DNA of 64,000 nt from Lepidodermella squamata (GCA_047495785.1 JBLDXI010000042.1:1364001-1428000); one strand, 5' to 3'; shown: positions 1-12,919, counted from the first letter of the stretch. Notes: generated by a model not told the origin, from the letters alone. Numbers and translations: made by a program.

Positions 1-1536
1 CGAATTTTCTGAATTTATTCTAAATATCCCATAAGGCCTAATAACTGTTGACAGGAGGAGCGGCGATGGGTTCAGAAACAAAGCCGATCTGGCAGCGTTC
101 ACAGCATGATTGAAAAATTTAAGCGAAAATGCAGTGGAGGGTGGAGGCATATGCCCGGTTCCTGAAGATGAGGTGATTTAAGCTGGAAACCTGTTAATCG
201 ACGGCCATGAATGTTCATACAGTTCGTCGAATTTCAGCATTGAATTAGTTTTTTGCGATTTTTCTATACTTTTTGACTATTCTCAGCGATGCACCTCGAT
301 TATCAGTTTATGGCTTTCAGCATTTTTATTTCATCATGGTCGTTATAAAAATCTTAGAAAAATAATTCATCAAAATATGGAGTCAATGGTTAGGTAAATT
401 CAATTCAAGTTTTCGTCGATCGATCCTTGCCGTATTTTTCATGAATTTTTAAGATGCAGTTGGGCCGTAGTCCCTTCGGCGTTGTATCGTCCCAGCTATG
501 TCGGCGTAATGAAACCGGATTCTTATCACGTGAAATTTTACGGTAGAAATTTCAGGGACGCAGCAGGAGGTGATTAAATTGGCCGAAAATCTACGGCGGA
601 AAAACGTCACAGCGGAGATTAGCATGCAGAAAATAATCCAAACCGTTTTATTTTACTTTTACTTTAGTAAATAATTACTTTAAACTTACGTGAAACTTAC
701 GTAAAAAATGGAATGCATTTCTGTGTATTTTTCAAAATTGTAAAAATTATGCCATTTCGAGTAACCAGTAGCCTTTACGTTGCGAAATATTTTTTAGAAT
801 TATTTTTTACGTTGCGAATTTTATCATATTTTCCTAAATATACCGTATTATATTGTTAAATTTATTTTTACCACCTGGAGTTCCCTTGAGCCTTTACTAC
901 CTCGAAAATTTTATATGAAATAATGCCACCATTAGAAATTTGCAAGACTCGGCAACTTTATTATATGAATGGTTTTTTCGTTGAAAGAAAAGTTAGCATT
1001 TTTTTAGAACATTCTGCCTTAAGGTGAAATCAAGTAGATATTACATTCGAATACGCGAAAAATGTGCTATACATTTTGAGCGAGATGATAATTTAAAAGA
1101 TTTTTCGGCTTTTCGCCTAATCAACGGGCCAAGGCCATTCGCCACAAGATTAAATGTTTCAGGCATTCGTCGAATCTAGACATCTAAGTAAAAATGTAAA
1201 ATTCCCCATCATTCAAATTACTATTCTTCATGAAATTTCATAAGTTTCATGAAATTTGGCAAAAATCCGAGCGGACGCTGGCATTTTGATAGATTTAAAA
1301 TTTGGCGAATTTGCCTCGGTTGTTTATAGACCTGTGTTAGCTATTAGCTGAACTGGACCAGGTTTCAGGGATCATGAATCGCGATCGAAACGCTGGATTT
1401 TATATCAAGTTTCAATTTCAAAATTTGATCAACTTGATCAATTCCTATATTCTAGAAATTTTCAATAATACTTGGTTGTCTTTTTATGGCAATTGTCACT
1501 ATTTTCGAGCTGATCTTTCTTCTTGTTGCGGCGTGT

Positions 1537-3947
1537 ATGCTACCAACAGTCAAAGCTGATAAACGTCGAGGGCCTTATCTTGGCTGGACGTTGGGTGTCA
1601 CTAAAAAGGCGAAGACACCTCAAACTATAGAAAACATTAACCCAACCGTGGTAAATCCTTGAAGCTGGACGAAGAAGCTGTCGCTCTGGAACTATTTTCG
1701 ATGTCAGCTGGTCTGCCGAAAAATAAAAAAAGCGAGCTCTTAGCCTTGTGGAATAATTTCAAACCCGATTCAAATCTCCCAAGAGATATTCGAACATTTG
1801 AAAAGAAATTTGAATCCGACGTCGAAGTTGTTGAACATGAAGGTGGAAAATTTTTTACTCTCAGTATAGTCGATCAGCTACAGCGCATTCTCTCAAATCG
1901 AAAACTGGCTAAAATAGTGTCTATCAATCTTCAGCAGCGACAGAATGGAACACTTGCCGGTTTACAGGGTGATATTTATTCCGGCAAGAGGTATCAAGAA
2001 TTGGCCGAAAGCTTCGGGCTATCAGATAGCTTATCATTGTCGTTCAGCACTGATGGTGTCCCATTTTTCGAATCGTCCAATTTCTCTCTATGGCCTGTTT
2101 ATGCCTTATTAAACGAGTTGCCTTATATATTGCGCGCTTGTAATCCGATTTTTTGTGGAATTTGGGGCGGCCCTTCCAAGCCCAGGTCCATGAAAGAGTT
2201 TCTATTCCCTATCCTGAAAGAGATTGTACCATATGAGAATCATGGCGTACCGTGGACTGATCATGAAAATATCCAGTATTTTTCAAAACTTTTCTTATTT
2301 CCTATATGTGTCGATACGATCGCTCGTGCTCCTATTTTGGCCATGAAACAATTCAATGGCTTTAACGCTTGCCATAAATGCGATCAGAGCGGAGCTACGG
2401 TACTTGTCAATAAAAAGAAACATTTCGTTTATCGCTTCGAGGAAAGTATGACAGTCAGAGTTAGGGAAGATTTCATTCGATGCGCAAAGGATGCATTTGA
2501 GATGCAATGCGTTCAACAAGGAATTATCGGCGTTTGCGTGTTTCTTTGCCTTAGCTCCTTCAATCCTATATCGGATGTCCTCATTGATCGCATGCATTCT
2601 GCCGATCTCGGTGTAGTAAAACGCTACTTCACTACTATTATCTTCACGAAGACTCAAAAGCAGAGCCGCTTCAGCATTGTACCCAAAATTTCTCAAATCG
2701 ACTCATCTTTAAAGAAGGTTGTTTATCCGGCTGAAATTCGACGATTTCCGCGGAATCCTGACCAGCTGAGTTACTTCAAAGCTAATGACTTCCGCGCATG
2801 GCTGTATTACCTTCTTCCTCTTGTTTTATCGGCTTTTCTGAATTGGGAGAGCTTCTATCACATGATGAGCTTCCGAGAATGCATTATGCTTCTTTCGAGT
2901 AAAAATGCGGTACCTTTTATTGAAGATTGCCGCCGTAATTTGAGGCTTTTTGTTTCCGACTGGGAGAGACTTTACGGGATCCGTCACATGGTTTCTGTTG
3001 TTCATGGCATGCTTCATTTAGCTGACGATTGCGAAGCAGCTGGGCCTTTGTGGGCGACAGACCTCTATGCTTTCGAGCATTTGAATGGTGTCTTCAAGAA
3101 ATATGCTCACGGGTCACAAGTTTGTTAAATTTCGTATTCAAAAACTCATCTTTTTGATGATAACATGATACAGGCGATTTCAAAACAGATCGTCGATTCA
3201 TTCGGACGCATTCTAGCCGTGGGCAACATTCTACCTGAAGGGCTCAATGCATGTGTGCAGCTATCTGCTTCGTTGATCAAGAAGCTGAAAAGAAGAAAGC
3301 AACCAATTACTATTGATGGCTGGTTTTGCTCTCGCTGGGGCTCTCGAAATTCGTCTCTCGCAGTTAGGTTTGACACCTTCAATGCTATCCATATTATATT
3401 AGCCACTTCAAAATCGGATGTTACTAGGCCAAGTTGGATTAGAATCCATTTTATTGTATATGCTTATCGAATCATATAACCGGTCTAATTAAAGTCGATT
3501 TATTCATTTTCTTTTTCATTTTCTAATTGCAGAGAAGTAGAAGCTTTGGCCAAGATTGATGTCCTATCAAGCACTCAAAGCCAGGCTCAATTTTTCTTGT
3601 CTTGCGAAAAACATCACAAAAAGTTGACAATCGAAGCGCGGCAATCCATTCCATCTTCTCGAAGGTGTGACTATATTATCAAATTTTCAGACGATAGCCT
3701 GTTTTTCATCGAACGCATTTTCGAGTACGAATCAAGCTTATTTTTTGGCGGACGCACCTATGCTACTGATCGCCGATATTTTAACGTATATATACGCCAG
3801 CCACACCCGTCCGAATTCTTCGTCATCCGAGGATCAAATTTCCCCAACTTTAATAAAGGCGTAGCGCGTTGGAGTGCCGAGAAAAATGTCTCTCAATTGA
3901 CTTTTATTCCACTCAATTATGACAATAGTATTCAGTCGGTGTTTTAA
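1537..3947 (+). CDS. CACTA/EnSpm-type (Tnp2/Transposase_21-like) transposase, multi-exon
   Basis: Motifs STDGVPFFESSNFSLWP, CVDTIARA, FNGFNACHKC, DRMHSADLGV, HGMLHL, GPLW..YAFEH.NG. Introns about 3120-3173 and 3367-3532 join ORFs 1659, 3165 and 3546 in frame. The likely N-terminus (ATG 1537, KRRGPY) is out of frame with the 1659 ORF. Confidence 0.8.
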
Positions 3948-4312
3948 CTTTGTGAATTTCTTCGAAAAACTAGACTCCGAAAAATGAGTGAAATCAACTT
4001 TTTCGCGTAGTCTTGTGAACTTGTGACTTGTGAGTAACTTAATACTGTAAACTCGCAGTAATTTTCAAAACTGCGTGAATCGACTAAAAGCTCAATAAAA
4101 ACTGTCCAGTTACTTTCTATTTTATTTTCCACTGGCAAAAGTTGCAAAGTTTTTTGACACAGTCTAGTATTCCGTGATCCAAACCCAGTATTTTCTGCCA
4201 ATTCCAGTTAACGTGGCGCAAATGCATGCACTGGGCTGAACTTGCCAGTTTCTGGCAATTTTAACTGGAACTTCGCAGTATTTCGCAAAAAACGTGCACT
4301 TGCTGCTCAGGG
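1537..4312 (+). mobile_element. CACTA/EnSpm-superfamily DNA transposon (right part; left end not identified in window)
   Basis: Carries a Tnp2-like transposase gene. CCAGT/ACTGG-rich subterminal repeats lie at about 4100-4270. It ends ...CACTTGCTGCTCAGGG at 4312, exactly where host sequence homologous to the paralogous promoters (cagca-cataaatgatcaacc) resumes. Confidence 0.7.
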
Positions 4313-4642
4313 CAGCAACATAAATGATCAACCTAAAACTAAGAGGAAAAAAAATAAAGTTCATCGTCGTCCAGGGTTTCTCAGGGTTAATAAAGCGATT
4401 TTACCTATGATCCAAGAAAGAATTTATGAAATTCTGTTCAATTTCTGTCATTTTTGTTACCTTCTAATAACTTTTGAACATTCCTAATTCCCATGAATGC
4501 TCTAATAATTCCCTTCCGAAGAGCGGCTCGTAATCTGCAGCTGTGTTACACCACTTTATATGATAAATAAGTACATAACCTTTTATGTATTTCACCGTTT
4601 CAGTATCGAAGTCTAGTAATAACTCAAGCTCTTAAATTGAAA

Positions 4643-5609
4643 ATGGAGTATTTAGCTCTAGCGATTCTCATCGCCGCCTGTTCTGTTGTCACGGCCTGCC
4701 CAGCTACCACGACATCGACGCCCTGTCCGAATTCCGTAAGATCCGAAAGTTCATCTGGGACTTGTCCGAATGGCCAGAGCTGTCTAACCACGGCGAACCC
4801 GTGTCCAAGCGGTCAAAGTTGCCTCACCACAGCAACGACCTGCGCAACCGGCCAGAGCTGCCAGAGTACGTCAAATCCATGCCCAAGCGGCAAGAGCTGC
4901 CTCGCGCTAACGGTCTGCCCACCCATTGAGGCAGTAAGTCACTGCCTGCGACGCGAAACATGAATTATGAATCATCCCCTTATAGCCAACATTCAAGCTG
5001 TGCAAAATTCCCGAAACTTATGGGAGCGATGGCATAAAAAACACCGATGTTCAGTTCTGCACCTCGCTCGCAGCTGAATGCAACGCATACCTAACCGTCG
5101 GAGAATCCGTGAGCTTATTGCTCAGATAATGATTCATACGAGTTCCGAATGTTTGGCATTTCTTTAGGCTAGCGCGGCAACATACTCAACTTTCAAGGAG
5201 TGCTGCGCTGCTTTGACTCCTTCGACCAACATTAAGTATAACACCATTCCGGGTCAAGCAGATGGCCGGGCGGCAGTTTTGGCTTGCGTTGCAGCTGTGA
5301 CTTCAACTCCCTACGTCGTCTTCGGTACGAACATCGATGGTAGTGGCTTAGCCGCTTGCTTGAATTTCCCTCATACCTCGACCGATGATTCCCTTGTTCA
5401 AGTTACCCAAACATTGGTAAACTATTGCATTCTCAATTCCTTGAAGTTATTGTTTTGGCATTATCAAGGAACTCACCTCTGGCTCTACTTACGCAGCTGC
5501 AACACACGCGGGATGCTGCGCCCTCATCGCTAAAGTTCCCTTGACATATAAAACGGTGAGCAAAGCGATTTATGGCTCGAAGGATTTTGAGATATGCTAT
5601 AAGAGCTGA
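4643..5609 (+). CDS. Secreted Cys-rich protein with CxxGQSC repeats, copy 1 (4 exons, apparently intact)
   Basis: Signal peptide MEYLALAILIAACSVVTA and four CxxGQSC units. GT-AG introns give exons PTFKLCKIP..., ASAATYSTFKECC... and ELTSGSTY...EICYKS*, collinear with the paralogues. Confidence 0.85.
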
Positions 5610-5844
5610 TGAAAGGAAAAAGAAAATCACAATGATCAGTTATCAACCACCGGCGAACTTTAATCCCATAAATAAGGAAGACACAATTTCAACCACGACG
5701 CGAAACTTGTGTTTCACACATTAGCCGCCGATATTTTACTCAAGTGGAGTGCACAGATTTCATTAAGATGAAATAGCTACTTGTAAATTGAAATAAATAT
5801 AGAATTGTCGTCAAAAATATAGGTCGAGTCGCTATGACAATTCG

Positions 5845-7266
5845 ATATTTTACGGTATAACATTCGTAAAACGTTCATATCTGAACTCGCCGCACTCGAT
5901 TTACTCGTCGCAACTCGCCTCCGGCTCGTCACGACTCGTAAATCTCGGGCGGCTCCGTACAGATATAAACGTTTTACTCATGTCATACCATACAAATATA
6001 ACACTGTGTCTATATTTTTAACCTTGAAACACAAATCTATATTTTTTCATACTTCAAATATAGATTTGAATATGAACTATATTTCTGATCTATATCTGAA
6101 ATATAGATTCAGGTGTATCTATATTTTTGACCTGGAAAATCTATATTTTGAATATAGATGCCCATTTCCAAGCCCAATACTTCCGAGGTCTTGTAACAGC
6201 TAATTCTAACGGAAAAACACAGGGATATAGTTTTCGCAACGCAATTTATTATGAAAGAAAATGGAGAAATTCAATTTGAGAATAATTTAGACGGGGACAG
6301 CTTGGCTGCAAAAATTGGCCGTAGGAACCAGAATTTCTCAGAAAACTCCGGAAAATCGGGCAGCATTTCGTCCCCGCTGTGCATGAATTCGCAGCGATTC
6401 GTGGGTCGGATGGCGCAGAAGATCATCGAACAGGTACGGTCAGCAAGTCGTCTCCTTAGATCGATAGAACGCGCCGGGAACACTGAGCAGAAAATCCAGA
6501 AAATCGGACAGCATTTTGACCCCAATTCGCAGAAATCACCGCACCTTGAAACTTGGTTGAACTTGGAGTACTCTGCCAGCGACAGTTCCGATTCGATCAC
6601 GTTGAAAACATCGACGTACCAAACACCGTTGCGACGCGCTTATCCGAAACTGAGCCATTTTCAACAACCAGAGATGACATTCCGACGGACTGCTGTCGAC
6701 CTTCTTTCATCGCCACCAAACGTGGCAAATCGAACCAGTTTCTTCGGATTGTAAAGGCGCATGGTTTTCGCGAACGTTGATTTCGAAGGAACTAGGTTTC
6801 AGGGTTGATGGTTTATCGAACCATTCGGCTTCAATTGCGGCAGCTTTGCCAATCGGAGCAGAATTCTGGGAGCATTTGTTCGTGAAATTCGAGCAGAATT
6901 CCGGTCGGACAGAAAATCGACTTTCAAAACGAGAAGAAATTCGAACGAATGAGAAAAATGAGCGAGAATGAATAGAAAGCCATTTTTCGATGAAATTTTA
7001 AGTTGGATTTTTTATTATTTATTATTTTGCGTTGCGAAAAATATAGACACCGTGTAATATTTTACGATACAACATTCGCAGAAACCTATATTTTCGTGAA
7101 GCACTCGTATAGATCTCGTAAAACTCATTCACCTCGTGAAATCTCGTCTCCATTCGCCTGCCGGCTCGTTCCGCCTCGATTTCACTCGTTTCATTCGTTT
7201 TACTCGATCTATATTTCGTGCTTCACTCAAATATAGATTCCTACTCATGTTATATCATACAAATAT
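5845..7266. mobile_element. Non-coding element bounded by two long imperfect palindromes (candidate non-autonomous Crypton-like element)
   Basis: Hairpins at 5845-5999 and 7057-7266 have related termini (atattttacg...tacaaatat). The inner segment is flanked by the inverted repeat acactgtgtctatatttt / aaaatatagacaccgtgt. No credible protein is encoded. The class assignment is inference. Confidence 0.6.
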
Positions 7267-8780
7267 GAAATACTGTTATTGAGGATGCGGATTTTATTAA
7301 GCGTCTCTCAACCTACGAGTCAAGGGTTCAAACACAAAACATGATACCATGTTTTAAGATCTCAGTTATGATACAAAAGATGCATTGAAGATCTTTTATG
7401 ATGTTATGCCTGCTAGTCTCAACGTTAAGAGAGTACAACTAGTAGAGGTAAAAGAGAAATGGGGCTTCCAAAGATGGGCAGCTTCGACCATTTCAAGATT
7501 ATCAGTCTCAAAAGCTTGACTTAGGGCATTCTCCCCTATACTGGCGTTATATCTGAAAAAATGTTTACATTTTGATTCATTCATATTTCACCTTACGCAT
7601 ACCTATACATAATAAACGATGCAGTAGTCAGGCGTGATAAGTCTACTATTGAAAGCGATCTTCTGCCAACTTTGAATCAAGGCCTGCGTCGAAATTGCTT
7701 CCTGCGCTCTACAACACTTGTTAAACACTCACTTTTCGCCTGATAACAAAGGGCGAGAAGCGTGACTCTATCTCTCACTCGACTTGTGATTTCAACCTTC
7801 CAAAATGGCTTCAATACAAGAAGCCATAGAGTGATTCACAATGATTCAGAATGCAACTTATACACATTGCTATCTTAACTTTGGCAGAGGCAAGTTAGGA
7901 ATTGGTTTTACTCTTCAATATTGGCATATTCAAACGTTTTTGTCATCTCATTGGGATCCTAGTTTTTGTTAAGGTGAGACGGAAGGATTTTAAGATGGAA
8001 CGAGTTTGAATTGCATTACAACCCACACAGATAGTAGTAAAAGTAAAATCAGTGTAAATAACGTAAATTACGACGCCAAGGTTATGCGCAACACGTATGC
8101 AGTTTCTCTCCACACGACTGAAAACCCATACGTGGCAGCATTCTGCCACTCCTGTGTAGTGATATGATTATGAATGAACCATGAATGAAATTACGTTCAG
8201 CTGAACTTGTTTCGCATCAGCTTTCATTATTTAAGCTTATAAAGATCGAAAATAAAGTGAGCAATCGAATGGACGAAACTGAAGAAACGATAGTGGTCGG
8301 TGGTCCGGTAACGGCACTTTACCACTCCTCGCTCAGGCCGTATGCGATGTTACTGGAAATTCAACGAATTTCCATAATTCGTACAGTCGTACATTGCGCA
8401 TGTTTATTCGTTAACAAATTCGAATCGATTGACAGATGATTTCTTAGGTCTGGAGCAATATTCCTAGGAAAATATATTACTGTAGCTGAAAAAACAAAAG
8501 ATCTGTCATTATTTCTTTTCCTTCGAATTGACATCAGCGCTTGTAACATCAGAAATTCAGGTGATACAAGAGGAGACCGGGCGGAATGAAGCTCAACCGC
8601 GCTAGACACGTTCAACTCAATTAACCGCCGCATCACATGGCAGACTTTTTGCAGGCTGTAGAAAAGCACGATTGGCAGTGGCTGAAACACCCCAATTGCT
8701 CAGTTTTTTCATGAAAAAATGAGGCTGACAGTTGGTGCACAAGCTTAATTAACAAACTTGAGCTGAAGTTGATGTGAATT

Positions 8781-8811
8781 TAATGCCTGGACGAGGGCGT
8801 ATCTTGCGCAT
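8781..8811 (+). promoter_or_regulatory. Invariant 31-bp upstream block of the Cys-rich gene family (copy 2)
   Basis: taatgcctggacgagggcgtatcttgcgcat is identical at 8781, 21147 and 36567 while its flanks diverge. Confidence 0.55.
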
Positions 8812-9841
8812 TAGCAGCATAAATGATCAACCCACAGCCGAGAAGAAAGAAATTATCTTAATTAAAGTTTATCCTTAACCGGCGCTCGTGTATGCTCGGA
8901 GGGTACATAAGGCGAATTTACCAGTGATCAAATCATCAACTTAATTGTTGCTTCTTTTGATACTCTTCCATTTCTGTTCTTGATTCTGCTCAGCATTCTC
9001 TGACAGTACGATAGACTCTTGTTCGAAATGAATTCGATCTTGAGTCTATCCCTTTTATCCCCGTCTTTTCTCTCATGCCCAACAATAAAAGTATTTCACC
9101 ATTACAAAACCTAGGAAGAATTTCTGCCCAGTCAAAGCTATTTAATTCATAATGGAGTATTTAGCTCTAGCGATTCTCGTCTCTGTATGTGCCGTTGTCA
9201 CAGCTTGTCCAGCTCCGACGACTTTGACGCCATCGACGCCCTGCCCAACGAATTCCGTAAGATCCGAAAGCTTATCTGTGACTTGTCCTAATGGCCAGAG
9301 CTGTCTAACCACGGCGAACCCGTGTCCAAGCGGTCAAAGTTGCCTCACCACAGCAGCGACTTGCGCAACCGGCCAGAGCTGCCAGAGTACGTCCAATCCA
9401 TGCCCAAGTGGTCAGAGCTGCCTCGCACCCACGGTCTGCCCAGCCGCAGTAAGTCTTGGCTATAAGCAGGAAACACGAACATTTATTACTTGCCTATATA
9501 GCCAGCATTCAAGCTATGCAAAGTACCAGAAACTACAGGCGGCCCTACTGTTAAGAAGACTAATATTCAGTTCTGCACCTCGCTCGCAGTAGAATGCAAC
9601 ACATACGTGAACACTGGCGTGGCTGTAAGTCTTTTGCTATGATTGCAAGTCATATCATTTTGAATTTTGAGTGTTGAAACTTCTTCAGGCTAGCGCGACA
9701 ACATATCCAACTTTCAAGGAATGCTGCGCTGCTTTGACACCTTCGACCAACATCCAGTACAACACCATTTCGGGTCAACCAAGTGGCCGGGCGACAGTTT
9801 TGGCATGTGTTGCAGCTTTAACTTCAACTCCGTACGTCATA

Positions 9842-12800
9842 TCGTTCGTGTTGCGACGTAAGAGACCTCGCTAGGCAGTACTTTCATGCTGTTTGCAATA
9901 AAATACTTGGTACTGGTATAAGCTACTTTTTATTCGTCGGTAATAGCATCATTATTGCGGCGCATCCGATGCCGAGCGGTTACAACGCCTACCAGAATGC
10001 GTACTATGCACAAACGCTTCAGACAATTTCTCCGTTATCATGGCTAAATTCTAAATATCAACCAAGTTTATCCTCTTCTTCCTTATTTCATGTTCGTTCC
10101 TTCATTCTCAAGTTCATTCTCAAGTGATACTTTTCTGTCTCTCTGTATAGTCTTGTTGAACCATGAGAGCATCTCACCACTTGTTGAAACATGACAGAGT
10201 TTGCGTTCGAAAGGGCACACTTTTTTATTGATTTTTCATTATTCCCGGAGCAACGTTTCATGCAACCCATGCAGTAATCATCACGAAAAATGCATATTAT
10301 GGAATTATGAATAGACGAGCCAATTTTTCTACTATTCAGCATTCAGCCTCTAAATCCTGAAAATGCCAAGAAAGCACTTATTACGCTATTATTTATAATC
10401 TATCTTGTGGTTTCCTTCTCCATATCCTTCTCGCAGATATCCTTCGATGTCCTTCTTAAGTTTTATAACACGACAAGCGATCACATATATTTATCACATA
10501 TTTCTCTGTTTCGATCATAGAATCAATCGCCTTCAATGTTTTATCAACTCTTTATGAGCCGTTGCGCTGTTGCACCAAACTGAACTAAAAACTTGCGCCA
10601 AGCTCGCGAAATCGCTTGAAGTAGAAAGTAGATTCGCAGCCGCATGAGGTCAATAGTAGAATCGCACAAAATTTACGAAGTTGCTTGCATTCGAGAATTG
10701 CTAGGAACGAAACTCTTTTTTGTTGTCCTTATTCGGCATGTTCAGTTCGTAAATTTAAAATAAAAGCAAGACCAACAGAAAAATGCATGACAGACAAGGC
10801 GCCGGAACAACGGGGACACGCGCTTGTCTTAGACAGTGCACGGTCTTAGATGACTTGCATCCCTGCATCCTAAGAAAGATAGCGGGTGGTCTTGGTATAA
10901 TGTCATCTGGTTAGCGATTTAGCGATCGAGTTGATTAGCAATAAACAACGATTCCGCCGTATTCGAGTAATGCTTGACATGCAACTCGATTGGCTTGATT
11001 CGTAAAAGACAAAACATGACCCACCATTCAAGTTTGGGTTTCACGAGTTTTGCGCGGACTTCTTAATGAAATGCTACGTCAAGAGCAAAATGCCACGGAC
11101 TAATATTTATCAATGAAAACAATCAAGCGCAGAAGTATAATTTACAAAGCGCATTCACTCGGTCATTTGACTGGAATCCTATCTATAAATTAGGCTATCA
11201 GGTATTCTTACGGCACTTCAAACGGATCTATTGGCGAGAATGTGCTGATTGATTGAAAGTCTAATGTGCTCTAGGGTAAAGTCGCTCAATGTGGGGACAA
11301 GTTAAGGTTTATTTATATTCGTATCATTTCTGTGAATCGCATTTAGATGAGGATGGTGTCAATAGCATCAGCATGTGGCGGCGCGCTCGCTCCTTTTGTG
11401 TGGGCTTCCGGCTCGACATTTGGGACAGCGTGCAGTTCATGATCACTGTGTCCGTTTTCGATGCAGTTTTTGCAGAAATAAATAATTTTTGCGGTCTATT
11501 AATTCATCTTTTTAACCACGTCAAATTTATGGAGCGCGCTATTCTTTCTGAAACAGAGTATTAAGCACGCAAATGTGGGGATTTTGTAGCTGGCCGCGCA
11601 CCATGCGACGCGCGTTGACCGGCTATGAACAGCAGTCAACATCCACAAGTTGTGCTTGTGCGCTGCAAATTTTAAATGAGGTATTCTGAAAGAGCATATT
11701 CGAAAGTGTTTGCTGCCAAAATTTCAAATTATTATCGATTAAAATGAGCATTATCGATCACTGCTCCGTAGTCGTTAGCGTCGTTGAATAACTCGGATTC
11801 GGGCTTGTTCGCGTCAGTTACTGACAGTTGACGGGCGATGACAAGTTTGCTTCCCCTCTTCACTCACATAAAAACTCTCCTTTTGCCTTCTTTTCTCACT
11901 ATTCATCTTTTAACTGACGTAAATAAGCCCAAATCTGAGTTATTCAACGACGCTAACGCTCCCATTTCTGTGGCTTGTTATGTTAGTTATCGTTAGTTAG
12001 TTAGCTATAGATACCCAATGGAGTATCGCCGTCATCTATTCTTGAAAATTGTTACTTCATTTCAGTTTTAAGTAATACATTTTCAGAAAACTTAAAATAC
12101 CGCTTGTTTCCTAATTGCGACACTTTAAAAACTATTCGCTAACTTCCAGAGTTTGGAGATTCTATAATTTTTCCTAGAACTTTTCTTTTCTAAAATAGTC
12201 AGTAATGATTCATTAAATTCTGAATGCGATATCTCTCGAAGCTATTAAATTATAGTAATAGTGCATCCTATTAGCTGCTGTATTAAATTTCAAATTCTGC
12301 ATTGTTGATAGGATTATTTTACTTCAAAATTTACTCGAAGTCACCTCTTTAGTAATAACTGTTTGGACATCGGATACTGATTGGGAATCGGAAATGTTAA
12401 ATTGGCGAAATTCCGGCAATAGGTCGCTACTATACTATTTGCTGAGTGCTGGCTATTTCGATATATTCAACCTGTTATCGCCATTTTTTTTGAAACAAAA
12501 TGTGATGAATTATTCTCTTGGTTTTACTTCCTTTGTTCATTTTCGATTATTTCGGTGCGTTGAAAATAAAGATGCACGGCAACGGGTCACGGCAGCTCGT
12601 TTTTGCTACCTGTGAAATCTTCAATCGAAGAATTACACAAAAGCGCGAGAGAACTTATTAAAATTCGCGAGAAAGAATTATAGAAAGGATATGCGAAGAA
12701 GCTGAATTCCTCTTTTCTCTTCAAGAGTCCAAGAACGCAAGATAGCAATCGCAGCTAATGGCAATTTTATAGCCCTTGAACCGAAGATAGTAATTTTGGA

Positions 12801-12905
12801 TGCAACCGCTCCGCAATTGTAAACACCGCAATATAGCGGTATAATGTAATGATATATAGAAATATGCGCTAGCACTGGCGGTCCCTTACGTCGCAACACG
12901 AACGA
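9842..12905. mobile_element. Non-autonomous TIR DNA transposon
   Basis: 26-bp TIR tcgttcgtgttgcgacgtaag(a/g)gacc with one mismatch. The target duplication reads as TA (or ATAT). Removing the element restores the exon frame. No long ORF inside. Confidence 0.9.
11773..11958. mobile_element. MITE-like element nested in the TIR transposon
   Basis: About 48-bp imperfect inverted repeats cgttagcgtcgttgaataactc...cgtcagtta / taactgacg...gagttattcaacgacgctaacg. Confidence 0.65.
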
Positions 12906-12919
12906 TATATGGAGGGAAC

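Noticed and set aside
1-1500. Possible second CACTA gene or left terminal repeat
   Set aside because: No match to CCCTGAGCAGCAAG and no convincing exon chain was found by eye.
6251-6971. 167-aa and neighbouring ORFs inside the hairpin element
   Set aside because: No recognisable motifs, compositionally biased, and open in several frames; no tyrosine-recombinase signature.
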